Both the position numbers and the translations under genes were made by a program. From NCBI RefSeq assembly GCF_009914755.1, contig NC_060929.1: a stretch of 64,000 bases of DNA; one strand, 5' to 3'. This stretch comes from the human T2T-CHM13v2.0 reference genome, Homo sapiens. Of this stretch, positions 1 through 14,444 are shown piece by piece (position 1 is the first letter of the stretch; each line of letters begins with the position of its first letter). A model generated the notes under the pieces. That model worked only from the letters and a program-made list of their open reading frames with translations, had not been told where the DNA came from and searched no databases.

Positions 1-325
1 TAATCTCCAACAGTCACCCTCAGGAACTACCCACAAAGCCCTCTCAAACCATGGCAGCTACTTTTTCAAATACACCAGGAGAATTTCTCTTCAGGAGGGA
101 CCCGGTTTCTCTTTTAAGGGCCCAACTGACTAGGTCAGGTCCATGAAGAAAAATCACCATTTTGATTAACTCAAAGGCAACTCAGTAGGAACCTTAATTA
201 TATCTGTAAACTACTTTTAACCTGCCCTAATCTATTGGTTAGAAGTTAGTCACAGTTTTCACTTGCACTTAGTGGAAGGGGTATATACAAGGGATTTTGG
301 CAGAATTCATATACTGTCTATTACA
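1..325 (-). mobile_element. MaLR LTR fragment (MLT1-type), cut by window start
   Basis: Motifs GATTAACTCAAAG..ACCTTAATTATATCTG and CTATTGGTTAGAAG..CACAG resemble reverse-complement MLT1; ends ..CTATTACA. Confidence 0.55.
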
Positions 326-574
326 ACTAGGGAGTGATGGAAAAGAAATTATAAATTATATAAACTAGTTAATTTAATATAATAAAATAATTGTTTGACC
401 CTTTATATGTGGGTGTTTCAATTCTCAAGAACTTTCCCTTCTCCCTTAAGACATTTCCTACAGAGAATACCAAATCTGAAGAAAGTATTAGCTCATTCAT
501 TTTATTTTGGGTCACAAGTTTTTATTTACCCCAACACTTAACTAAAAATCACATAAGGATGCTTACAGAATGAG

Positions 575-575
<1 letters not shown>

Positions 576-624
<49 letters not shown>
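576..624. repeat. Compound microsatellite (TG)n(AG)n
   Basis: Directly visible. Confidence 0.95.
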
Positions 625-974
625 CTTTTTCTTTTTATCACTTTCTTTTCATACTCATGTATTTTAAAGGTGTTGAAAGTTATCACATGAACACGGACCA
701 TTTCCTGAAGACAAATTCATAACATTTTGATGAACACTTCTTGTAAAACATAAAACTATTACAAAAATCTTTTTAGCATTTCGCTAACTGTATCTTTTGT
801 TTCATCTTCATAATAAATAGCTCTCTTTTCACTAACCATAATCCTATTAGAAATCTCTTTCTAGCTAACACAATTAACAAAAGGAAAATATAAATTAAAC
901 ACAAGATTATAAATAAAATATTGAAAACAAATAATTTTAATACAAAAGTTTACTCATTTAATTCTTGTAAAATG

Positions 975-1115
975 TTATCCTCAGTGTGAGGAATCTGAAG
1001 CATGGGAAAGCTGAGTAACTTGCCTGAGACCACATATCTAATATGGGAAAAGAACCAGAAATTGAGCCCAGGGGGTCTGGCTCTTGAGTCTATTTGTATA
1101 AACACTATGCCATGC
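975..1115 (-). mobile_element. MIR fragment
   Basis: GAGGAATCTGAAGCA..GAGTAACTTGCCTGAGACCACA..TGAGCCCAGG..TCTGGCTC core. Confidence 0.6.
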
Positions 1116-2301
1116 TAATCTTCCAAGTGTAATAATCAAGAGGTTCTATAACTCTTTAAATTTCTATGAAACTTTTAAAAGGAAAAATAAAACTAGTTGT
1201 TTTGAAATTCTCACATTAATCAAGCATAGCAACACATTTTATCCTCAGTGGATACTGAATAACTAAGTAGACATTTCTATGTCTTCCCAGAATGTTCCAC
1301 AGAACATTGGCTCTGAGGAATACTAAGAAGTTTTATGTGAAAATGTTTGCAGCATCCAATATATTTGGAAATATCTAGCCAAAAATGAAATGGTTTCTTT
1401 TATGTGGAATTTCTTAGAATCCAAAGTGTACCAAAGTACTAAGAAGAGGATATGATTTGCTCCATTTTTCAAAACTATTAAATTACAAAATGTTCCTTTT
1501 TCAAACCTTCTTTCTTGGAGAAATAGCATTTGGCTAAACACATTTTCAAAATGTTCCTTTCAAATGCTGTACACTCTGAAGTCGTTATTTATAAGTGCCT
1601 TGAAAGTATTAGGCCTTGGAGAACAATATATCATTTCAATTTGCAGTTTTTATGCCTGACTCTTCGTCCTATGAAGAAAGAAGAGTTATCATAAGCCTAC
1701 ATATTTACATAATAAATGGAAAATGTTGACTGCCCATGTCTAATATTTGGTGTGCTTCAGTCAGATATTTTAGTTTCAAGCCACAGAAGCAGATCTGGGT
1801 TGATTTCAGTAGAAAAGGAATGAATGAAAATGATATCGGTAGCTCATAGAACCACAGGAGAACTGGAGATCTAGGCAGAGGCAATTTAAGAGGATGCTTA
1901 AAATGATGTCATAGGACTGCTGCCACCCAGCCACTTCCAATATGCTTGCATTGTTACAAGCAGTATTGCTGCCGCCTTGCAGCGGGTGCTACAAATGTCA
2001 CTGCTTCCACTTTTGCCCCAGAGATTCAATAATCTTTTTGCTTACTCTTACCATTAGGAGGAACTTTCTAGTTTTCTCTTGTTACTTTTACCAGCTCCTG
2101 AGTCACACTCTGGGGTGGTCCATTTTATTGGTGGATCCAAGGAAATATCTGCAATTCCACTGAAGGGAAGCTGGGAAAGCAAGTGTCTAACAATTTTCTA
2201 TTTCAGCCTCCTATCAGAACCAAAAGGTGATGAGTTCCTCAAACTCTAGGAAGGGATCCACGTTTTTAAACAGTTAAAATATTAGAAATTTTAACCACAT
2301 G

Positions 2302-2461
2302 AGGGAGGGAGGAGATTGGATAATGAGAAAGTATTTAATGGGTACAGCATACATTATTTGGGTGATAGATGCGCTACAAGCCCAGATTTTGCCACTATGC
2401 AATAAAGCCATGTAACAAATTGTGTTTGTAACCCTTAAATTTATACAAATTTAAAGAAAAC
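2302..2461 (+). mobile_element. Old L1 3' end (L1MA/PB-like), 5'-truncated
   Basis: TTAATGGGTACAG..GGTGATAG..CCCAGATT..GTAACAAA..CCTTAAATTTATACAAAT then an A-rich tail; degenerate TSD AAATTTTAACCACATG / AAATGTTTACCACGTG. Confidence 0.7.
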
Positions 2462-5317
2462 AAAATGTTTACCACGTGGAAGTACTAAATCTCCTGCATA
2501 AATTGAGCTCTGTATCCTTCACAGTCGATAAAGCCTTTGGCATGACGAGAACCACCAAGAAGTTATTTGCAAAGAAATTATTATAATGTCTGGCACATAG
2601 TAAGGGCATTAAAAGGGTTTTTAAACTAAAATGGCATAAAATAAAGTAGTCTTCCTACTGATGCTAGTGCCCAAAGGACAGTAAGAGAGCCCTGAATGAA
2701 TCAGCATTGGAGAAGCACAAATGTTCACCAGCTCTCTGTTTCTTGCAGCCATGTTTCCCATCTGGTGAAGAAATGTATGAATGAATTCAAACAATAAAGA
2801 GAGACACTGCTCTTAATGCCAGGCTTCATTCTGATAGCTATAGATTGTCCTCACCTCCAGCTCTCCACTTCTTATTTGAATGAGTTTATGGAATCTGAAC
2901 AGATCTCTTCTATTTAATTCCAGACACATACAGCATTTGTGCATTTATCGAGAAAGTCTGAGTCCTGTAACAGGAGCTTGAAGATCCTAAGACGTTACTT
3001 AAGTTAGATGAAGCTATATGTGTCTAGACACATTATTGTAAACTACAACTATAATCAAGTGATAAGCCTCTGAACATTTATCTTCTAGCTTATCTGCTTT
3101 GGAAAAACAGAGTCCATTTTCTACCCTCATATCATACATCAAAGTAAAGATCATGATTAATTGAAGCTCATGTCTAAACATCTAAAACTGGGTTGTGCAT
3201 CCAGTGGAGTAATTCTTGGCCTCATGATTTATAAATTCCACATTCTAGATCTACTGCCCCTTTAGTCTGCACACAATAATTCTATCTTCATTAGGTTTAG
3301 ATGAAACTTTCTTACTGACAAATCCAATCAAATTAACAATCATAGAACACATTACATAATAATTCACAATCAAAATCTTTTATAGGAGAATATATTCATA
3401 TAGGGAATACAAATATTGAAAAGTATCTAACCCAATAAATGAGTGACTATGGAGGATTGGTGACTGTTTGTCTCCCTGAGGAAAGAAAGCAAAGTTGGTT
3501 ACTCCAAGAATATAGCCATGAACCTGACCATCTAACTTCAGTCTCTTCATACACTTTCTAGTGGCTTACCATTTGGCTACCTTCCAAATACTTCCCAGGG
3601 ATAAAATTGATGGTGGGTTTATTGGACACGCATTTGAACTTACTCTCCACCATCTTAAGCAAGAAAAAAAAGATCCATTTTTATGTCATGATTTTTCTTT
3701 CTTGTAAAATGTCTCAAGTGCAGGCACAGCCCTCAAGAAAGTAGGATAGTACTCCAGGGGAATTATGTATAAAACCCTTTATAAGACAATAAAGAATCTA
3801 ATGTGGTACTTCTTTCATCTCTACTGTTTTGTGCCATACTTCTCCAAAGGAAATTTTTCTATAAAATAACATATTCTAAATTCCCATATCCCTCTTTTCG
3901 GACTCTATGGGCCCCCATTATACACGACTTGTGTTTTGGTAGCGTTACACATGGATAAACACACACACAGTCTTTCTCTGAAGCCCAGATTTCACCACTA
4001 CACAATATAGCTCAAAATTGCACTTGTGCTTCTTAAATTTATACAAATAAGAATAAAAGAAATGCTCTCCACATGGAAGCGCTAAATCTGTATAAATTGA
4101 GCTCTGTGTGCATGCTTGCTTTTGATGATTACCTTCTCTATTGCCAGATTATAGTATCATCTACTATTAAGTATTTTAATTCAGAGCCTTCCTCTTCAGG
4201 GAACTTGCTTCCACACTCAGAAAGTGGCCCTCAACTTCACATGTTCTTCAACAAAGCTTAGAACTGTGTTAAGAGGCTATACTTCTGTAGTCTGTGATGG
4301 ATCATTAGCTCATGCTTGGAACTACAGGAAACAATCCCCTGAATTAAATACAGCTTCCTGACTCCAGTTAGGAATAAAAATATAGAGATGAGACTGTTCT
4401 TTAAAAAAAAAAAAATCTTTCTTCATTCTCCATGAAAGCAATATTCTCAAGAGTTACAGTTATGTAGGAATTACTTTAGCAAAGACAAAGGGGAATTTTA
4501 AAAGCCACTAAAGTGTAATAGGGGAAAAATTAAAGCTGCTTTTCAAAGAAAGCTTTTCTCAATCTAAAAGCAGTTACTTAGGAAATTAAGCCCTTTACAT
4601 ATTTTCCCTTTAAATCTTTTTACTCTTCTTCATACATTCCCACTACTTGGATTTCTTCTGTAGGGTCTGCAGTACCCTGAAAAGCAAACCTTTGGCAACT
4701 TTCTCTGTGTAATTTTCAATTCATCTGTTTATGAACACCTCCCATAGAAAATGGTTTTGCTGCCTAGGTCCTTCCTCTTCTTTCCTTTGTTAATTTCCTC
4801 AATCTAAGTCACGTTATTGGCCACTCAAAGCTTGGGCATAAGAACAAGGTAAATATTGTGAAGGGGGCAAATGCTGAGAGGTATGGTTCCTTTAGATAGG
4901 ATCTCCTGTCTCAGTCTCCTCTATAGTTTTAATTGAAAACATGACTTTTTATTTGCTGCTACCGTCTGTTGGATTCAGCATTTCCTCATGTTATAAGCAA
5001 AATATAAATTTTTAAGATAGATCAATAAAACCTAAAATGAGAAAAATATTTACTAATCATCACTTACTCTGAAATGCCCTTTGCCTGCCATTGAAGAAGT
5101 AACAGCATTATATAGAGTCGAGCTTAAATTATTTTCTTCTTCCTCTGTAGGCTTGCCAGAATAAGAAGAAAATTTTATACTTCACTTAATCACTCTTCAC
5201 TTTGGAATTAGGCAGAATTAGAGGATGTTATCCTTCTGTCATGTTTTTGGCAATACAGGTATTGTCAGTTTTTTCTGTTTTTTTTTTATATGTATCATGT
5301 TTAATCATGAGAAAATA

Positions 5318-5661
5318 CTGCATACCTCAGAGAAATTACAGGTTTAGTTCCAGACCACCACAATAAAGCAAATACTGCAATAAAGTGAGTCCCAGTTTTT
5401 TGGTTTCCCAATGCATATAAATGTTATGTTTACTCTATAACTATTAAGTGTGCAATTGCATTATGCCTAAAACAAATGTACATACCTTAATTTTAAAATA
5501 TTTTATTGCTACAAACTGCTAATGATCATCTGAGCCTTCAGCAAGTCATATTCTTTTTGCTGGTGGAAGGTCTGGCCTCCATGTGGATGGCTGCTGACTG
5601 ATCAGGGTAGTGATTGCTGAAGGTCGAGGTGGCTATGGCAATTTCTTAAAATAAGACAATA
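5318..5661 (-). mobile_element. Tigger1 DNA transposon terminal fragment
   Basis: TA followed by C(T)GCATACCTCAGAG..GTTCCAGACCACCACAATAAAGC, matching the Tigger1 terminus; cut off by an Alu. Confidence 0.8.
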
Positions 5662-5837
5662 GGCCAGGCGAGGTGGCTCATGCCTGTAATCCCAGCACTT
5701 TGGGAGGCCAAGACGGGTGGATCACGAGGTAAGGAGTTCAAGACCAGCCCGACCAACAGGGCGAAACCCCGTCTCTACTCAGGAGGCTGAGGCAGAGAAT
5801 TGCTTGAACCCGGGAGGTGGAGGTTGTAGTGAGCCAA
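5662..5837 (+). mobile_element. AluS with internal deletion and no tail
   Basis: GGCCAGGCGAGGTGGCTCATGCCTGTAATCCCAGC; left arm joined to right arm at CTACT. Confidence 0.9.
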
Positions 5838-8800
5838 TCTCCTCACAAACCCAATCACTTTATCCTTTTCAACTTCTCATCTCCTCTGATTTATTGAACA
5901 CTGTGTGTTTTTGAGTGTCAGCCTCAAAGTCTATCTCCTTGAAGAGCCTCAAGTGATTGCTACCCTCTGCCCACAGTCATATCCCTCATTTGAATTCATA
6001 CTGCACTTATTTTCTATACTACTCGTTTTCCCTTCCACCTGGGCAGCCTTTTGCTTTTAGCTAACTTTTCGTACACCTATTTATGTTGTAACCAGAAAAA
6101 ATATCAGAGATATACTTGAATATGTTCTGTTCCCCTAATTTATCTATCACATATCCTTGGACATTGTGACCTCACCAATACATGTTACTAGATGAAAGAG
6201 TGGAAAAGAGAAATGGGATTATCTTTATTGTATTAACAAAGCCTATACTTGTTAATTTTAACTTAAATTATAATATCGAATATTATAATAACAAATGACT
6301 TAACATTTGCTACTCAGTCAATGGCAATAAGGATGTTCTTGAGATGAAAATACTATATATAATTTTCAGAGTGAGATCAAAAGTAAAATGAGAAAAAATG
6401 ATCCAGTTGTTATTAACAAAACTCGCTTTAAATAATCAAAATAATTCTTTTATTTTCAAAGTATTATAAAGAAATTCTAGTTGACTGTTCTTAAGACATT
6501 TCTATTGACTTCTATAACTGATAGATAGGTGGCAGTCTGCAAAATTATGCCTGCCTTGTAAGTAATGTTCTGCCTTTCTGTCATTCAGCCATTAAATGTC
6601 CCATAGCCAGGTGACAGCCTCAGGAAAACACATCTAGTATTATATCAAAGCCTGTCATTCTCCTTGCCAAGGGCCTCACCATAAAAGATGTCTGAATTTG
6701 AGCAAGCTACTGAAATTCAATCAAAATGGTAAGTTTATATTGGGAGACTGAGGACACTACAGATCACAATGACAAAGGGCAAAATTTTATAACTGCTGCA
6801 AAGATTAGGGAAAAATTTCTCCTAGATATTGTGAAAGTAGTTCCCCCTTTTAATTCGAAATAAAGAGAATACTATTTACAGTATTGCATTTGTATGTAAA
6901 ATGTAATATATATGACTAAAGAGTCATTATTTCAAAAACTTAGACTCACTTGAAGCAGTGTGCTACTTATACATGAAAAGTTAAACAGATCATTGAAAAA
7001 AATTGGAAGGTTCAACAATGAACACTAAATGGGATTTCAGTAAGATAAAGGCAGCATTCTAATAAAAATAATTAAGATATTTTGAAGTAAATATATGTGG
7101 GAATATTAGGAGGAGTTACGTGGAGAAAAATAAAATTCCATCCATAAATCAAACTTATAACAAAATAAACCAAAAATATCATTAAAATTAAACATAAAAA
7201 AGCCATCAAAGATCAGAAGAAATGTCTCAAAATGTCTTTATAAATTTAGCATGGGGACTCATTTAGAGAATCCATAAAATAAAAGATAGATTATTTTAAG
7301 TACATTTAAAAAAACTATGTCACAATAAAAAAGAGTAAAGTCAAAAGGCAAGTAACAACAAAAAATTTTAGTAACATCCATTATAGACAAAGAAAGATAA
7401 TCTTTCTAGTAGATAAAATGTCTAGAAATGAAGAAAGAAAAATTAAAACTAAAAAGGAAAAAAAGTAGAATAAATAAAAGTTCACCAAAAATAACTTAAT
7501 AAATAATAAGGACAATTTTTATTTAAGGACCCTTTAAAATGGTCCTTAACAGAATAAAAATCTGTTGGAAAAATATCTTTTACTCAAGATATGAAAAATA
7601 CTTTCTTTTATAATCATTTTGTTTGATATATCTTTTGCATCTTTCTAGATTAAAAGGTGTATGCTGATAAAGTTTGCAATTTTTTCATTTCTCTGTTTTT
7701 CATAAAACCATAATCAAATTTTGTTGAGGATGAATGAATATTCAGAAATGATATCAGCCAAAAGTTGAGTGGAGATGAAGACAATAAAGAAAGATAAAAA
7801 TGGAAAAAGTTTGGTAACATTTGAACAAAAAAATTGATGCAATTGAGGACTGATTCAATATGGGGAGATAGCAAAGAGTAAAATAAGGCTCATGTATAGA
7901 ATATATTAGTGCTGCTAATAGACCATTTGGAAATAAAAGCTGGCTTCAGGGGAATTTGTCAAGTCATCCAGTTTTAAATGTCTAACAAGTAACTGGAAAT
8001 ACAGGACACAACCTCAGGACAGAAGTAAGTGTTCCAGATATAGGTGAATTTCATCTAAATAGAGGAAATTGTTGAAGATGAGGGAGTGGATGAGACAGAG
8101 AAGGAGACAAGGTATAGAAAGGAAAGAACACACATTAGAAAAACTTTGTATTCTTCCAACAAGAGTAGGAAAATAAAACAGTTCTATGAAAAAGACAAGT
8201 GATATGCTCAGAGGTAAACCAGTACATTCCAGTGCTATATGCTCTAAAAAGTAAGTTTCTACAAGGAGGTGAAGGAGGAAGACAATTATGTCAAAACCCA
8301 TGGTTCAAGTATAATTTCATTAGGGCCTAAGAATTTATATGAGTGTATATGTGTATGTATGTGTGTGTGCAAAATATTATATAACTATATATAAATATAA
8401 ATATCTATAATATAAATGTGAATAAAAGTAAATATGAATTGATCATGCTTATTATCTACTGGCTACTCTAATAAATTATTTAGTTCTAAAATGTAATAAC
8501 AAGCTATTTTGGAGAAATTTCTGTGCCCTTCAATTTTTTCACCCTAACTTTTACAGTGAAAAGCTAAGACTCAGTTGCTGCTGACTTTGGCATCACCATT
8601 TGAGAGATAATGAGGTTGGATCTTTCTGAGAACACTAAGAAAACTACCAAGCTTATCACTAATGCATTTAATGGAAAACTAGCTTCCCAAGTTTCTTGTA
8701 CATTCATTTTCAGACCTTGAAAGGTCATTATGCTTTTATTAGTAGTACTTTAGACAAAAGATGAAACATTCTATTTGCAGCAAAAGGAGCCTACTTATAT

Positions 8801-10414
8801 TCAATGTATTATCATTATTCATTATTCCATTAGTGTAATGGAGGTTACAGGTTTCAAGGAGTAAAACTACATTATAATAATAAGTGATTTTTTTCCCTAT
8901 TGCCTTTTAAGTAGGCCCTGTTACATTTCTTTCTCACCATAGTCTCTACCATCAGAAACGGATGAGAATAACAAACAATTCAGACAAGGGTAATTTTAAT
9001 TAAAAGTAAATATCTAACACTTTATACATGATGACAAAGATCTCACATTTTTGTTTTTTTTCTAATATTTCTCATGTACTGATTTCTTAAAAAAAATTTA
9101 CATTTTAAGTGGCCTTTTTAGTCAGATCTTTCAAAATGGAAAAGAAAACATGAGATAAGAATGCCTATAACATGCACATCTAATCTGCCGTTATTTAGAG
9201 TTTTAAAAACTGCTTTTAGTTTGAAATGAAACACCTCAATAGAAATCATTCAATGCGACTTTTTAAAGCAGTTCTGATTTTTTTTTATTTCCTGCAGGAA
9301 AAGAAGGCTCACTTTTTAGTGTTATATAGGCACTGAAGCAATCCTTTTGATAGAGGAGAAGATAAAATGAATTAGAGAATATATAATAGATCTAATTATT
9401 TGCTACTTAGTACTTTAAAAATGTAAACGTGAGCAATTTGGGGAAAATGAGTATATATCTTTTATTTTCCTTTTTCTCTTTGCCTCTCCTTTTTTGTTTT
9501 ACATTTTTTTTTTTTTTTGCCTTTTCTGGATTTCCTTTCAAAATTCATTGTTCCTGTGAATGATACCACCATCCTTCTGACTCATGAAGTTAAATTCTGA
9601 CATTAGCTAAGACTGCTCTCTTCCTTTGCCTCACATCCAATTAGTTATCATGTTCTGTTGATTCATTTCTAGGATTGCCTCCATCTTCTCTTTTTTGAGC
9701 CATCACTTAATGTACCACCCTAATTCACTCTGGTTATGCTTCCACTTCATTTATTCTTGCATAAGTGCCAAATTCATCTTCTAAAAATGTAATTTTTATT
9801 ATACACTTCCAAGTTCAGAAATTAGGCTTTTCATATGTGAACAAATAATAGCTTCTGTCATCCATATACTGCACCACATTTTTCAAAACATCGCAATATG
9901 TATAATCTACTTTATCTTTACTACAGAAAATACACATTTTGACCTTCTTTTACAAATGAAAAAGACCTAGTTATAAAGAGCTTAAGTAGCTTGACCTAGG
10001 ATAGAAAGAAAAGTGGCAACATGTCTTTGGAGCATAGGTTCCTTGACTTACACTTGGTACTATTGCCATCTTACATACTAAGCTCAGTATTTAGGTTATT
10101 CATTAACGTAGCCTCATTTTACCTACTTAACAGCATCTCTAATTATCCTCAGCTATCATCCCATAAACAGCCATTGGGCTCAGAAACAAGAGGACTAGAG
10201 GAGGAAATAGACAATAATTTTTTTAAGTTTCATTTGTAGTTCCTCTTTCATTACAAATCTTTATATTCAAAGCAGCAATTATAGTCAGACTTACAAGTTC
10301 AGGTATCTGAAAATGTGATGTCTCTACAGTGTTGATTCTCAGTACAGGACAGTTTCCTGGAGAAACTGGGCCAAAAGACTTAGACCACAGAGAGTCCCAA
10401 CATATCATAGCAGT

Positions 10415-10803
10415 TACTAGAGTTTGAATGTCTCCTCCAAAACTCATGTTGAAATTTCATTGCTATTGAATTAACAATATTAAGAGGTGAGGTCTTTAAA
10501 AGGCAAGTAGGTAATGAGGACTCCACCCTCATGAATCGATTAATGCCATTATCACAGGAGTCAGTTTGTTATGATGGAAGTGGGTTCTTGATAAAAAGGA
10601 TGAGTTTCTCCCAATTTCCTGTCTTGCAAGCTCAGTTGAACTTTCAGCATTTTATTATTCAGCATGAAGGCCCTTGCCAGATGCCAGCACCATGCTCTTG
10701 GACTTCCCAGCTATCAGAATCATGATCCAAATAATTCTCCTTTCTTTATACATTACCCAGCTTCTAGTGTTCTGTTACAGCAACAGAAAAACAGACCAAG
10801 ATA
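10415..10803 (+). mobile_element. MST-type MaLR solo LTR
   Basis: AGTTTGAATGTCTCCTCCAAAACTCATGTTGAAATT start; AGCAACAGAAAAACAGACCAAGATA end. Confidence 0.8.
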
Positions 10804-11209
10804 TCAGCGTATAGTAGGTAAACTGAAAGAATGGTTTTCTCCAAGGTTATTCTGTGCTTTTATTAACTGAAGTAATAGATAAACATTTACCAAACTTGAT
10901 CTGAAAAATAGCAGAAAATAGGATTAATCCAATATGTGTCAGCACCTGACATGGTGGTTTCAACACATACACACACATACAGAGAGATGCATGCACAGGA
11001 TGGAATGAAATAATGTATGTTTGCAGAACCCTTCCTCTGATCTCTGATAACCATTTCACTGAATTAGAAGCAGAATATTGAGCTCAAAATCGAAAAGAAG
11101 AGAAGGAGATTTAGCGGAGGATCTACCTTGTTTCTGATCGGAATTCCAGAACTGGATTAACACTTTCTCTAACTGACTAATAAAACATTATATCAGGGCA
11201 TATGGACAC

Positions 11210-11910
11210 ATACTATAAAGAGTTTGGGCCAACTATAAAGTTGGAGGGTACAATCCCCAATATCGCCCTCACATCTGGACATCAACTGAAAGTTCAAAGG
11301 GTTCCTATCCCTACCCTCAGGATCAATAATTTTCATAGACTCACAAAACTCATTGAAAGATATTATACTGATGACTATGGTTTATTACTTGAAAAGGACA
11401 TAGTTTAACATTAGCCAAGGGAAGAAGCACATGGGGCAAAGTCTAAAAGAAATATCAAATGCAGAGCTGCTCTTGTCCTCTTTCTAAGTCAGGACACATT
11501 AACCTCCTGGAATCCATGTGTGACAATACACATGGAGTATTGCCAATCAGGGAGCTCACTCTTAGCTTTTATGTCCAGAGTTCTTAGTGGGGCTTCCTGA
11601 CATGGGCATGGTTGATTGATTGACTGCACATATGATTGACCTCAGTCTCCTGGTCAAATCATACCACATGACCCAGAACCTGCACCTTATATCACATGGT
11701 CAGTCTTTCTAGCATTGTCAGCCCCTGCCCTGAGACCTGGGTTTGGCTAGGCCCTGTCCTAACTCACATTGTTAGACTAAGCAGTATGACCCATGGCCTC
11801 CAAAGACACTCCAATCAGGCATGACATTCCAAAGGTCCAGAAATTACCCCCCAAAAGCTGAGGGTGAAGTCCAGACTTTCTTTTTTGGCAAGGGCAAATT
11901 CTTTACTACA
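11210..11910. mobile_element. MER21-like LTR
   Basis: GACTCACAAAACTCA..GGTTTATTAC..AAAGGA and terminal GGGCAAATTCTTTACTACA motifs. Confidence 0.6.
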
Positions 11911-12516
11911 TACTGTACTAGACGCTACAGTAGAGTCAGGAAGAATATAACAGTAAATAAATCAAGGAATAAAATGCATGAAAATAATTTTTTTCAGAAA
12001 AAGAAAATAAATGTCACACACATTTGTGTTTCCACAAAACAAGAGATGAAATAAGACAACACTTAGCTACAAATGAAGCTGAGAGACAAAGCAGAAATGT
12101 AAAGCTAAAATAGATTTCAAAGGACAGTTTTTAAAACAAAGGTATACTACAGAATATTTATATGCATTAGATGAAATTAACAGTAGAATTAATATTGCTA
12201 AAAAACCTTATACCAAATAAGTTATGTGAATAAAAGGCTTGAGACAACTTTCAAATGTGGAAGAAGACAATTAAGTGAAAAGTGATCACCGAAATGACTC
12301 TGGTATTAAGGACAGAAAATAAAAATTCATAATATAGTTAATTACTGTTTTGGAAGAGTAGAAAAGATGAAACAGATATTTTCAAAGCAATTAAGAATTC
12401 ATAAGTAATAACAGAAAAAAAAACTTTTGCACTATAATAAAAAAGAAAACAAAAATTAAAAGCAAAAGATTTCTAGATGTTTTAGATTGAAAAGTTCAAG
12501 TCAATATCTAAAAAGA

Positions 12517-13104
<588 letters not shown>

Positions 13105-13793
13105 ATCTAAAAAGAAGTTAGCAGGCCTTAATTTCATGGAGAAAAAAAGAATTATAAAGTATTCAGCAGGAGAAAAAAAAATCTAATTTTTCCACAAAGA
13201 CTTCTTTCAATATTTCAGTATTCTTTCAATATTTCAAATTTCTTTCAATATTCTTTCCAATAATATTTTAAGAAAAAAACATTAATTTACAAAGCTTTAA
13301 GGAAAATTTTCCAGAGTGAAAAACATTTATTTTCAAGTCATCATTTATTAAATAATATCAGAGAAAGGCATAATAAATAAATTTCAGTCTTAATAAATGA
13401 AGACTGAAATTGCATACTGTAAAAATGATATTTAAGTCAATAAGGATATTGATAACTATATAAAAGATAATGGCATAGTCGATTACTACTACTATGTGTG
13501 ACAACAAATAACAAATTTGATTAAATAAATTGGAAGGCAAAATATTAAAAAATGAAACCAAAATACAATTAGAGAACAAAATAGCTTTTTATATAAAAAA
13601 TATTTTGTGAATAAACATAGCAATAACAAAAGATACATTACCATTATTAACAAAAATATACAAGCTAAAAGACAAATTACCAACAATGTTAACCAAAGTA
13701 TTTTCTATGAAACAGAATTTTCATAATTAATAGTTAATACTAGAATAAAGAAATTTTTGGTCAAAGAATTTCTCAGAAGTGTTAATATACTAT

Positions 13794-14308
13794 TGTGATG
13801 GTTAATACTGAGTATCAACCTGAGGGGATTGAAGGATGCAAAGTATTAATCCTGGGTGTGTCTGTGAGGGTGTTGCCAAAGAAGATTAACATTTGAGTCA
13901 GTGGGCTGGGAAAGGCAGATGCACCCTTAATCTGAGTGGGTACAATCGAATCAGTTGCCAATGCAGTTAGAATATAAGCAGGCAGAAAAATGTGAAAAGA
14001 GAGACTGGCATAGCCTCCCAGCCTACATCTTTCTTCCATGCTGGATGCTTCCTGCCCTCAAACATTGGACTCCAAGTCCTTCAGTTTTAGAACTTGGACT
14101 GGCTTCCCTTGCTCTTCAGCCTGCAAGCAGCCTATTGTAGGAACTTGTGATTGTGTAAGCCAATTCTTGATAAACTTATTATATATATATATACACACAA
14201 TATATTATATATTATATATACTAGCTATATATAATATATAATCATATATATTAGCTCACTATATATACACATATGTATACACATATATACACATGTGTGT
14301 GTGTGTGT

Positions 14309-14356
<48 letters not shown>

Positions 14357-14400
14357 ATAGATATTCCATTAGTTCTGTCCCTCTAGAGAACCCTAATGCA
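13794..14400 (+). mobile_element. HERV-L 5' LTR (MLT2A1-like)
   Basis: Starts TGTGATGGTTAATACTGAG, ends CTAGAGAACCCTAATGCA; homologous to 26836-27334. Confidence 0.9.
14179..14362. repeat. Compound (TA)n/(TG)n/(AGAT)n microsatellite inside the 5' LTR
   Basis: Directly visible. Confidence 0.9.
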
Positions 14401-14405
14401 GATTT

Positions 14406-14420
14406 TGGTACCAGGAGTGG
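14406..14420 (+). promoter_or_regulatory. Primer binding site, tRNA-Leu type
   Basis: TGGTACCAGGAGTGG 5 nt after the LTR end. Confidence 0.8.
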
Positions 14421-14444
14421 CTCTACAGGAATAAAATATTAAGG

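Noticed and set aside
13202-13256. Short tandem TTCTTTCAATATTTCA repeats (similar small duplications at ~41834 and ~43561)
   Set aside because: Ordinary slippage duplications within old repeats.
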